Source: an uncultured archaeon | GTDB lineage: Archaea; Asgardarchaeota; Heimdallarchaeia; Heimdallarchaeales; Kariarchaeaceae | NCBI GenBank assembly: GCA_964645535.1 | Contig: CAZYCQ010000015.1 | Span: 443 to 53,891 of the forward strand | Direction of reading: 5' to 3' | Length of the DNA stretch: 53,449 nucleotides | In this document: in pieces, positions 35,026 through 43,929 of the stretch | Layout: each line of letters begins with the position of its first letter | Numbering within the stretch: the first letter of the stretch is position 1 | Notes under the pieces: model-generated | What the model saw: only the letters and a program-made list of their open reading frames with translations | The model's database searches: none | Told to the model about the DNA's origin: nothing | Position numbers and translations under genes: made by a program

Positions 35026-36669
35026 TTGATGGGTATGGAAAATGAGCCTACAGGGCTAAACCCAAATGTGCTCTATGATTTGGCCGTTCTTGGTCAAGAA
35101 ACCCAAGCTGCTGAACGATTTTGGGGACCTATCCCTCCCACCTTAGGTGAACTCCAGAATTATGTTGACAATACCCCCAATCACCATCCTGATATTGAAC
35201 AATTGAAAAATAAACTGGTTGAATTCCACAAAAACCTTGGAATTTTCTCTCCAAAAGTTGAACAGCATCTCAATTATTTATCAAATGGGTCAATTCTTGC
35301 AGGGCAGCAACCTGTCATTCTTGGCGGACCTGGATTCATAGCAAACAAGTTGGGTCTTTTGGCCGCAATGACACGCAATCTTAAAGATTCGGGTCATCAA
35401 TTTGCCCCTGTCTTCATGATCGGTGATTATGATGGATTGCAAAAAGAATTGGGACGAACATATTTTCCCAATCCAATTTCTGGACATGCTACAATTCTTG
35501 ATTCGGAACATGTTCTCGATTTTCCTGAAGAAACTGCAATCCATACCGTAGACATTCCTGATGAGGAATGGTTGGTTGAAACCCTCCATCTTATCGATGG
35601 CTCTTTCAGAGGATTCAAAAAACAGGTCAAGGATATTTCCAAGCGAAAAATTCTAGATGAACGATGGGATCATATCCAGACTTTTCTAAGACTACTGCAT
35701 TTTCAGTCAGAAAAATTTCCTGATTTCTTTGCACGAATATGGGGAACAATTGCAAACAAAATAAACGACTATGGGATAATCTTTCTTCCTACATCCTTCC
35801 CAGAAATCCGTAAGCTATATGTTCCCGCCTTGTATTCACTGATGACTGCTCAGAAACAGTATGTGGAAACATTCAACCGTACTTACGACGAGCTTATCAA
35901 GCTCGGTTACGCACCAACTCTACCAAAACGGAACCACCATTATCTCCCAGTATATTTTGAATGTCCCTGTACTGATTTTCGTGTATCCCTTGAACTTTAC
36001 TACAGGGAGGGGAGACCTATAGCTGCAGGTGAGTGCAAGAACTGTGGTCATACCGTAGAAATTCCATTGGATGACATCTCCCATCTGGAAGAAAACGCAA
36101 GCAGAATTGGTCTCAGAGTCGATTCTTCACAAATTGCCTTTCAAGATCTATTGAACATCAAAATCAGAATATCTGGTCCCGGGGAGATTGCCTATTATTC
36201 CGTTGTAGCCCCTTCCCTCAAGAAATCTGGTTTTAAACTTCCCGTATTCTTCAAATACAAACGTGCCTTCTATAATTCTCCTTGGATTGAAAAACTTGGA
36301 AAATTACTTCAACAACGAAAACAACCCACTCTCCATACAGACAAACTTTTTGTTCTGTTGAAAAACCGGATACAGGCAATCCGCAATAAGGATCCAAACC
36401 TTTGGAGCACCACAGAAATTGAACTGAAAAAATTTATTGAGGCACAATATTCTGGTCTTCTCAAATATGAACAAAAACTGGATGCTCAAAAATATCTTGC
36501 ATGGATGTTTGGGCGGTTTACTCCTCACAAATTTGGTCAGGAAGTGTCTTGGACTTGGATTGATATGGCTCTTCAAACAGGTCTTTCTGATTATATTCCT
36601 ACCTATGAAAGAATGTACCATCCATTTTCCAAACCAGGTCTATTCCATTTCATAAATACAACACTTTGA
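35026..36669 (+). CDS. bshC: BshC-like protein (putative cysteine-adding enzyme of bacillithiol synthesis), divergent
   Basis: ILAGQQPVILGGP...ANK (BshC: GQQxxLxxGP...K), PVFMIGDYD (BshC: PVFW..EDHD), SGPGEIAYY (BshC: GGPGExAYW); similar length (about 545 aa). Confidence 0.72.
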   Translation: MMGMENEPTGLNPNVLYDLAVLGQETQAAERFWGPIPPTLGELQNYVDNTPNHHPDIEQLKNKLVEFHKNLGIFSPKVEQHLNYLSNGSILAGQQPVILGGPGFIANKLGLLAAMTRNLKDSGHQFAPVFMIGDYDGLQKELGRTYFPNPISGHATILDSEHVLDFPEETAIHTVDIPDEEWLVETLHLIDGSFRGFKKQVKDISKRKILDERWDHIQTFLRLLHFQSEKFPDFFARIWGTIANKINDYGIIFLPTSFPEIRKLYVPALYSLMTAQKQYVETFNRTYDELIKLGYAPTLPKRNHHYLPVYFECPCTDFRVSLELYYREGRPIAAGECKNCGHTVEIPLDDISHLEENASRIGLRVDSSQIAFQDLLNIKIRISGPGEIAYYSVVAPSLKKSGFKLPVFFKYKRAFYNSPWIEKLGKLLQQRKQPTLHTDKLFVLLKNRIQAIRNKDPNLWSTTEIELKKFIEAQYSGLLKYEQKLDAQKYLAWMFGRFTPHKFGQEVSWTWIDMALQTGLSDYIPTYERMYHPFSKPGLFHFINTTL

Positions 36670-36725
36670 TATTTTTACCTGATTTGGGATTTAGATGGTA
36701 AAATATCAATTTGTATAAATATACA
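36666..36725. promoter_or_regulatory. Two inverted repeats between bshC and korA
   Basis: TTGATATTTTTACC (36666-36679) pairs with GGTAAAATATCAA (36697-36709) over 13 bp with one bulge. TGTATA-AA-TATACA (36712-36725) overlaps the TATA-like TATAAATA. Confidence 0.5.
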
Positions 36726-36757
36726 CATTACAGAGATAGAACCGAGGCAGTCGAGTA

Positions 36758-38689
36758 ATGACTCTGAATATCCTGCAAGATCTGTTACATGAATTTCCCA
36801 AGATCAAACCTTTGGATCATTCTAAACCTGTAGAACGTTTTGCGATGCGTTGGGGTGGAGCCGCTGGTGATGGTCTCCAATCTACAGGTCTTTTAATTTC
36901 TAAATATTTTAACAAACTAGGTTATTGTGTTCATGGTGTCCCTGGAAACCAATCCGCAATCAGAGGTGGTCATATCTGGTACCACCTTGAATTTTCCACT
37001 GAACGGTTTGAAAACCATGACAATATCGCCGATATGATCGTTGCATTGAATGAATTTTCCATTGAAATGCATATTGACGAACTAAGACCTGGCGGTATTC
37101 TTATCTACAACAGTTCAAAAAGGGTGAACATTTCCCAATTTCAGGAGAAATTGGATGAGAAGGGCATCCTTGTCATTCCCATTCCAATGACGGATATTGC
37201 AAGGGAGATTGACCTGAAGAAACCTGTTCTAGGAAATACTGTTGCTGTGGGAGCAATTCTCAACTTCCTCAATCTTTCTAAGGAACCATACCTAGAAACT
37301 CTACGACGCAGATTTCCTAAAGAGACAATCTACAAGCTCAATGAGGATGCACTTAACAGGGGATATGCAGCTTTAGATGAAGTCACTGATCGCAGACTGA
37401 CTGTAGGTTCCCCTACGCTTGTCCCTGGTGAGGGAATTGTAGTGAACGGCAACCATGCAGTTGCAATTGGTGCCGCAGCTGCGGGACTCAAGTTTCTAGC
37501 CCAATATCCCATCACTCCTGCTTCAAGCATCCTGACTTATCTTGCAAAAAATGCCAAACGATTTGGAATTGTTGTTAGACAGGTCGAGGATGAAATTTCT
37601 GCAATTTCTTCGATTGTTGGAGCCGGATGGGCAGGTGCAAGAGCAATGACTGCAACCTCCGGTCCCGGAATCTCACTCATGGCTGAAAACATAGGTCTTG
37701 CCGGCATAACTGAAACTCCAGTTGTCATAGTCGATTCAATGAGAGGGGGACCATCCACCGGTGTCCCCACAAAAACAGAACAAGGAGATCTACTTCCTGC
37801 AATTCATGTAAGCCATGGGGAATTTCCAAGGGCAGTTTTTGCACCAAGAGATATAGAAGATGCTTATAGGCTTGCAGTCAAGGCATTCAATGTAGCTGAA
37901 AAATACCAACTCCCGGTCTTTCTACTTGTTGACTTTGGTCTTTCTGAAAGAATCGAGAATGTGATGCCATTTGACTTTGATGTGAAAATTGACCGTGGGA
38001 AGATTTGGGAAGGTCCTACTGAAGAAATGCCTGAATACCACAGATATGCCTTTACTGAAGACGGGATTTCCCCTCGAGCATTTCCCCCTACTCCTGAAGG
38101 AGTTCATGTGGCAGTTGGTGCAGAACACGATGAGGATTCCTTCTCTTTGGCAGGACACAAGGCTGGATTTCCGATTTCACGCATGATGAAAGTGAAAATG
38201 TTCGAAAAAAGGTTCCGAAAGCTGGAGAAATTGGCTTCTGAGGACATGGATCCTCCTCAATGGTACGGTCCTGAAAATGCGGATTTCACTCTTGTTTGTT
38301 GGGGAACCGTGCATACAGCTGCTGTTGAAACTGTTCGTATCCTCAACAAGGAAAGTTCCGCCACATGGAATGTCTTAAGCTTCTCTGATCTTTTCCCTCT
38401 TCCTGTTGAAAAAATAAAGGCGGAGCTAGAAAAAATCAAAACTTCGATTATTGTTGAAGCCAATTATACTGGTCAACTTGAATATCTCCTATGGTTATAT
38501 CTGCAATGGAGACCCCATGGAAGCATCCGACATATTGATGGGGAAATCCTCACCCCCACACGCATAATTTCTTATCTCAAGGATCTTCAGCTTGCCGAAA
38601 ATCCATCCTCTATTCCCTATTCTATTCCTCAGAAGGAGTGGAACAAGGCCGGAAATGTAGTCATCAACAAACCAAGTTACCCACTTTAG
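36758..38689 (+). CDS. korA: 2-oxoacid:ferredoxin oxidoreductase alpha subunit (gamma-alpha fusion)
   Basis: GGAAGDG, IRGGH, YPITPAS, EDEISA, TATSGPG, RGGPSTGVPT. Confidence 0.95.
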   Translation: MTLNILQDLLHEFPKIKPLDHSKPVERFAMRWGGAAGDGLQSTGLLISKYFNKLGYCVHGVPGNQSAIRGGHIWYHLEFSTERFENHDNIADMIVALNEFSIEMHIDELRPGGILIYNSSKRVNISQFQEKLDEKGILVIPIPMTDIAREIDLKKPVLGNTVAVGAILNFLNLSKEPYLETLRRRFPKETIYKLNEDALNRGYAALDEVTDRRLTVGSPTLVPGEGIVVNGNHAVAIGAAAAGLKFLAQYPITPASSILTYLAKNAKRFGIVVRQVEDEISAISSIVGAGWAGARAMTATSGPGISLMAENIGLAGITETPVVIVDSMRGGPSTGVPTKTEQGDLLPAIHVSHGEFPRAVFAPRDIEDAYRLAVKAFNVAEKYQLPVFLLVDFGLSERIENVMPFDFDVKIDRGKIWEGPTEEMPEYHRYAFTEDGISPRAFPPTPEGVHVAVGAEHDEDSFSLAGHKAGFPISRMMKVKMFEKRFRKLEKLASEDMDPPQWYGPENADFTLVCWGTVHTAAVETVRILNKESSATWNVLSFSDLFPLPVEKIKAELEKIKTSIIVEANYTGQLEYLLWLYLQWRPHGSIRHIDGEILTPTRIISYLKDLQLAENPSSIPYSIPQKEWNKAGNVVINKPSYPL

Positions 38690-39735
38690 GTATTAATCTC
38701 ATCAAGAACTCGCTGTAAATTGATTTCTTCCATAATCCGATCCCATTCCTTTACCTTTTCAGGTTGGTCTGAACTAAGTATTCCTCTAACTTGATGAGTA
38801 GCCAGGTATTGAACCGTCGTATACGTATCCCATTGCACCATCACAACAGGGATCTTTCTTTCTTGTGCTCTTGCAAGGACTGTGGATGGAGGATAAATTC
38901 CCCCTGTAAGAATAATCATCGAAGTATCGGTTTCCATTGCTGCCAACGCAAGTGCCGGTCTGTCACCACCGAGGATGACAGCCTTGTTTACAGACCTTCG
39001 GAAGAATTTCAATGCACTTTCAAGCTCCATTGCCCCGACTTGAAAGTCCTCCACAATCTTGTTCTTGCACTCTTCGCAGCAGAGGTATTTTGCTCCCAAT
39101 AACTGAACAATTTCTTCCACTGTTGGAGCTGCCAAGGCTGATTTGTCTGGAATCAACCCCAAGACTGTGATTTCGGATGTCTGTTCAAGTCTTGCTACAA
39201 TTCCCTTTTCTCTTTCCAATATTTCCAAAGGAACTAAAGAGAAAATAGTGCCTACAATTGGAATGTCTAGGTCATTGAAATATGACACCGCCAATAAAAC
39301 ATCGTCCAACTGTGCATCTGTATGTCCCGAAACCAATATGAGAACTTTTGCATCTAACATTTCCGCGAGCTCCCTTGATGAAAGCTTCAGGAAGCTCAGG
39401 TAATTCATGGTTTTGCAACCTTCAATCACAAGAAAATCATAATTCTGAATTAAGGTGTCATAGGCTTTCTTGATCTTTGCTCTTATCTCTTTGATCTCTT
39501 CCTGTTCCAAATCATAATCCCATTCCGTAATAGTGGCTGGGTTTATGACTTCGATGGGTTCTGACAGTTTTAGGAATTCCTTTGCCACTTGTGCATCCTT
39601 GTCATCTTTTGATGAGCTAATTGGTTTGAAATATCCAACTCTTTTCCCCATAGATTGGAATTTTCTCACCAATGCAAGGGTGAATGTGGTTTTTCCGATT
39701 CTTTCGTTACATGATGTTATCAACAGATTTTTCAT
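38686..39735 (-). CDS. Phosphotransacetylase N-terminal-like protein (BioD-like AAA_26 + DRTGG domain)
   Basis: IGKTT, GYFKPI, LVIEG, VGAM, GGDR and ILTGG. Start overlaps the acd stop (ATGA). Confidence 0.88.
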   Translation of the reverse strand: MKNLLITSCNERIGKTTFTLALVRKFQSMGKRVGYFKPISSSKDDKDAQVAKEFLKLSEPIEVINPATITEWDYDLEQEEIKEIRAKIKKAYDTLIQNYDFLVIEGCKTMNYLSFLKLSSRELAEMLDAKVLILVSGHTDAQLDDVLLAVSYFNDLDIPIVGTIFSLVPLEILEREKGIVARLEQTSEITVLGLIPDKSALAAPTVEEIVQLLGAKYLCCEECKNKIVEDFQVGAMELESALKFFRRSVNKAVILGGDRPALALAAMETDTSMIILTGGIYPPSTVLARAQERKIPVVMVQWDTYTTVQYLATHQVRGILSSDQPEKVKEWDRIMEEINLQRVLDEINT

Positions 39736-41897
39736 TGCTCTTCCTCCTTCAATTTCTTCAGTCGCTTGTGTTCATCCCGTGAAATCGTGATCTTGACGTC
39801 TACCGCCATGACCCCGGTTTCATCCGCAAATAGGGGGTTGATATCCAAGTCTGTTATTTGCGGAAAATCTTGTATCAATCGTGAAACTCTTTCCAACGTT
39901 TCAATAACGCTTGCAATGTCTGCTTTTTTTCCCCCTCTTGCTCCTTGTAATATGGAATATACCTTCGTCCGTTCTATCATGTGGGTGGCTTCAGTATGGG
40001 TAACTGGAACAAGGCCAAATGAGACATCTTCATAAATATTGGTGTAAATGCCTCCTGTCCCAATAATGGCAAGATGACCAAATTGCGGGTCCTTTGAAAC
40101 TCCGATGATCAGTTCCGTACTTGGTTGGGCCAATTGCTGGATATCTATCCCGATAACCCTTGCGTGTGGAAAATGTCTCCTTGCGGATCTCATCATTTCT
40201 TCAAATGCTTCGACAAGTTCATCTTCGTTCCGTATACCAATTCTTACTCCTTTTATGTCGGTTTTATGCATGATTTGGGGTGATGTTATTTTCATTACCA
40301 GTGGATAGCCAATTCGCTCTGCGATTTCTATGGCTTCTTTCTTTGTAAATGCCGTTTCGGTTTTGGGTGCCCTAATTCCGTATGCATTTGCAATAGCTAT
40401 GGCTTCACTTCCTAGTAGAGTCACCCTTCGTTTTTCCACAACTGAATCAAGGATTTCCTGAACTGTTTCTTTCTGAACATCGGGAAATTCCCGAGGAAGC
40501 TCATAGAATTCTGGTTTGGCCAATATCTTTTGGTATTTCCATAATCCTGCCAATGCAAGAATTCCTTTTTCAGGAAATGCGAAGGCAGGAACCCTGTTTT
40601 TCTTCAAAAATTCCAGTGCCTCTTCCATCGCCTCTCCTCCAAAAAAGGAGGCTGCAATTGGCTTGTCCGGATAGGTTTCCTTTATTTCGGTGATGACCTT
40701 TGCGATATCCATCGGTTTTGTCATTTCCTGCGGAGCTAGAATGACCAAGATCATTCCTACGTTGGGATCCTTCATGGCAAGTTCCATTGAAAGTCTATAT
40801 TCCTTTTCTCCTCCTGTCCCCAAAACATCGATCGGGTTATGGGTGGCTGCTGCTGGATGGAGATTCTCCTTAAGTGTATTGATGGTGGTTGAGGATAATG
40901 TTGCCAGATTCAAACCATTGAACTCTGCATGATCTGTTGCAATAATTCCCGGACCTCCTGCATTGGTGATAATGCAGATCTGATTTGATCTCGGAAGGGG
41001 TTGCCAACTGAATGTAGTGGCAATAGTGAACAGGTCTTCGGTTCGCTCAACCCGGATGACCCCTGATTTTTCAAAGGCAGTATCATATGCGGTGTTCGCG
41101 CCAGCCATTGCCCCTGTATGGGATGACGCCGCTCTTGCCCCTGCTTTTGATGTTCCTGACTTTATGGCAATTATAGGTTTCTTTCGGACAACTCTTCTGC
41201 AAACCTCAATGAATTCACGACCTTTATTGATCGCTTCTAGATACAATAGAATTGCCTTGGTATTCGGATCATTTCCCATCAATTCAATCAGTTCAACTTC
41301 ATCAATGTCCAGTTTGTTTCCCACTGAAATAAACTTGGAAAATCCAATGTCCTCTCGGGTCGACCAATCCAAAATTCCTGTGATCATTGCCCCTGATTGA
41401 GAAATAAATCCCAAATCTCCTTTCTTCGAGGAACTTTTGGTGAAGGTGATATTCAATGGTGTGAAATTATCAATCAAACCCAAACAATTGGGACCAATTA
41501 CTCTCATTCCATATTCTCTTATTTTTTTCAGAAGTTTTTGCTCCAGTTCCGCACCTTTTGCACCTGTTTCCTTGAAACCAGCTGAAATAATGAGGACTGA
41601 CTTGATTTGCAACTCGTGGGCTTCATCAAGGAGATCCAACACATATTGGGCGGGTATCGATACAACAAGGAGGTCGATTTCCTCTGGGATTTCCTTGAGA
41701 GACTTATATGCCTTCAAGCCTTGTACCTCTTTTTCCCTGAGATTGACCGGATATATCTTTCCTTCATACCCACTGAGTCGGAGATTATGAAGGAGACTAT
41801 ATCCGACCTTGGTTGGATTATTTGATGCTCCAACAATCGCCACGCTTTTAGGTGTGAAAAAATTCTGTAAAATCTGCATTTCCGAAAGGACCAGCAA
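39732..41897 (-). CDS. acd: Acetate--CoA ligase (ADP-forming), fused alpha-beta
   Basis: PKSVAIVGAS, IGPNCLG, SQSGA, SHTGAMAG (phospho-His), TNAGGPG, NPIDV, HKTD and LDINP. Start may be ATG 41879. Confidence 0.92.
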   Translation of the reverse strand: MLVLSEMQILQNFFTPKSVAIVGASNNPTKVGYSLLHNLRLSGYEGKIYPVNLREKEVQGLKAYKSLKEIPEEIDLLVVSIPAQYVLDLLDEAHELQIKSVLIISAGFKETGAKGAELEQKLLKKIREYGMRVIGPNCLGLIDNFTPLNITFTKSSSKKGDLGFISQSGAMITGILDWSTREDIGFSKFISVGNKLDIDEVELIELMGNDPNTKAILLYLEAINKGREFIEVCRRVVRKKPIIAIKSGTSKAGARAASSHTGAMAGANTAYDTAFEKSGVIRVERTEDLFTIATTFSWQPLPRSNQICIITNAGGPGIIATDHAEFNGLNLATLSSTTINTLKENLHPAAATHNPIDVLGTGGEKEYRLSMELAMKDPNVGMILVILAPQEMTKPMDIAKVITEIKETYPDKPIAASFFGGEAMEEALEFLKKNRVPAFAFPEKGILALAGLWKYQKILAKPEFYELPREFPDVQKETVQEILDSVVEKRRVTLLGSEAIAIANAYGIRAPKTETAFTKKEAIEIAERIGYPLVMKITSPQIMHKTDIKGVRIGIRNEDELVEAFEEMMRSARRHFPHARVIGIDIQQLAQPSTELIIGVSKDPQFGHLAIIGTGGIYTNIYEDVSFGLVPVTHTEATHMIERTKVYSILQGARGGKKADIASVIETLERVSRLIQDFPQITDLDINPLFADETGVMAVDVKITISRDEHKRLKKLKEEEQ

Positions 41898-41940
41898 TTT
41901 GATCAGATTCCTCTTTCAGTCAAATAAAATAAAAGAATGG

Positions 41941-41956
41941 AATGATTTCAATCATT
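41941..41956. promoter_or_regulatory. Palindrome AATGATT-TC-AATCATT, candidate operator upstream of acd
   Basis: 7-2-7 inverted repeat whose core is 13/14 identical to the palindrome at 31129-31142. Confidence 0.5.
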
Positions 41957-42056
41957 TTGCATTATTATTGTAGGATTTTTGTGCCTTTCAACATGAAAAA
42001 TTGGTGAAATGCCAAGATATCGATGAGTATAAATAAGCCCAACAAAATTTTAAATT

Positions 42057-42809
42057 GTGACTTCATTCAAGGAAAGATTGGAGGCCATATGGAAACGTAT
42101 CAGGGAAGATTTCCTAGTGGTTCTTTTCACCCTGCTCCTGATCTTGACGATTAATTATATAGTCCCTATGGGATTGGGCTGGGGTCGATCCATTCAGATC
42201 CTCCCAGCAATCAAACAAGATGGCGGTTCAATCAATTGGGCAAACAATGCCCAAGATTCCGACCATGACCAATTGCCGGATTTGATTGAACAAACTCCCA
42301 AGGGTCAGCCAGTCTATTTGGAAAATGGGAAGCAAGTGGGCTTTGGAACAGGCACCGATCCGCACCGTGCGGATACTGACGGTGATTTGTTTCCGGACAA
42401 TGCAGAAAACAAGTTAGGGAGTGATCCTCGAAATTGGTTCGATCCTGGATGGGTCTGGATTCTTTGGATAATTTTCTTAGGCATTGTAATCTATAAACTC
42501 TACATCGAAAAACCAGATCGACTGAAAGAATATCAGAGAAATGAAGAAATGATTTCAAGAGGTGTAGCAGGTAAAGGTGGAAAATTTGCTTATGGCGGCG
42601 GTTCAATTTTCGCAAAGAAAGCTGATGAATTGACAGAAGAGGAGAAGAAGCAAATTCTAGAATCAGATGCGAGATTCCAGGAACTCACGGGTCTTCCTGC
42701 TGAGGACGAGCCCATTCGACCGACTTTCTGGCAATTATATGGAAAATCCATCATTCAAATCATTATCATTACAATTGTGGTTGTTTCCGTTTGGGCGCTC
42801 CTGAATTAA
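42057..42809 (+). CDS. Membrane protein with thrombospondin type-3-like (DxDxD) Ca-binding repeats
   Basis: Three TM segments. The loop carries DSDHDQLPDLIE and TDPHRADTDGDLFPDNAENKLGSDP. Confidence 0.7.
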   Translation: MTSFKERLEAIWKRIREDFLVVLFTLLLILTINYIVPMGLGWGRSIQILPAIKQDGGSINWANNAQDSDHDQLPDLIEQTPKGQPVYLENGKQVGFGTGTDPHRADTDGDLFPDNAENKLGSDPRNWFDPGWVWILWIIFLGIVIYKLYIEKPDRLKEYQRNEEMISRGVAGKGGKFAYGGGSIFAKKADELTEEEKKQILESDARFQELTGLPAEDEPIRPTFWQLYGKSIIQIIIITIVVVSVWALLN

Positions 42810-42855
42810 ATTCAGCTTCATCAAGAATACAATTGTTTTAATTTCAACCATACTT

Positions 42856-43929
42856 ATGTTGTTTGTGGAGTTAAAGTACGATAGAGGGATAATAATAGGG
42901 AATAACGGGCAAAAGTTGTTTTTGGATCCGGAAACCTCCAAGATTCCTATAAAATCCACTTCTGTCATTTCACATTCTCACAGTGATCATACTGCAGGAC
43001 TTGCCAGTGATGCCAAGTCTTACTCTACTGAAGGAACCGAAAGGATATATTATTCTTTGTCGCCCAAGAGCCTGCGGAACAACAGAACAATTGACTTTAA
43101 CGAAATTTTTGAAATAAATGGTGTTGAAGTCGAACTTTTTCCAGCCGGTCATCTGTTGGGTGCTGCTCAAGCATTGGTGAAGGTTGATGATGTAAACATT
43201 CTGTTCACTGGTGATTTCTGTCCAGAACAATTATTGACCGTCCAAGCAGCTCAATTTCCAAAAGATGAAGTTGATGTGCTTATCATTGAGACAACCTATG
43301 GAACTCCCTCCGTGAAATTTCGAAGCCGTAGTGAGAACCGCATGAATATTCTCAATTGGGTTATGCAAACACTTGGCCACAATTCCATTCCGATATTGAA
43401 TGTAGCGCATTTGGGCGGTGCCCAAGAACTTATCAGGCTGTTCAATCAACTCACCGAAATTCCGATCTATGTTCATCCTAAAATTGAAAAGATTTCCTCA
43501 ATTTACAGAAACTATGGTATCGATCTTCAATATCACCCCATCTCCGACTGGAAAGGTTCAGAAAGCGCCTTGGTTTTGCTCCCACGGAATGAAAAAAACG
43601 TCCCTCCATCAATTGCGGAATTTGCCCATCGAAGAGGTATTGTGACTGGACAGAGTGCAAAATTTGGCTATCGCAATTTTGAATTCTCGGCTCCTCTTAC
43701 AACACATGCAACCTATACTGAATTGTTAAACACAATTTCCTCCTTATCCCCCAAGTTGGTGATAACAAGATATTCCTATGAACAACAATTCGCTAAACTT
43801 GTCCGTGAAAAATTGGGGATTTCTGCCATGGCCTCACAAGACCTGAAACATTCGCCAATAGATCTACATAAATTGGAGGATTTACAACCGTCTTCTAAAA
43901 ATACCTCTCTATTGCAGTTTCTGGATTAA
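42856..43929 (+). CDS. MBL-fold beta-CASP family nuclease
   Basis: SHSHSDH, PAGHLLGA, FTGD, IETTYG, GGAQE and a late THA motif. Confidence 0.85.
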   Translation: MLFVELKYDRGIIIGNNGQKLFLDPETSKIPIKSTSVISHSHSDHTAGLASDAKSYSTEGTERIYYSLSPKSLRNNRTIDFNEIFEINGVEVELFPAGHLLGAAQALVKVDDVNILFTGDFCPEQLLTVQAAQFPKDEVDVLIIETTYGTPSVKFRSRSENRMNILNWVMQTLGHNSIPILNVAHLGGAQELIRLFNQLTEIPIYVHPKIEKISSIYRNYGIDLQYHPISDWKGSESALVLLPRNEKNVPPSIAEFAHRRGIVTGQSAKFGYRNFEFSAPLTTHATYTELLNTISSLSPKLVITRYSYEQQFAKLVREKLGISAMASQDLKHSPIDLHKLEDLQPSSKNTSLLQFLD

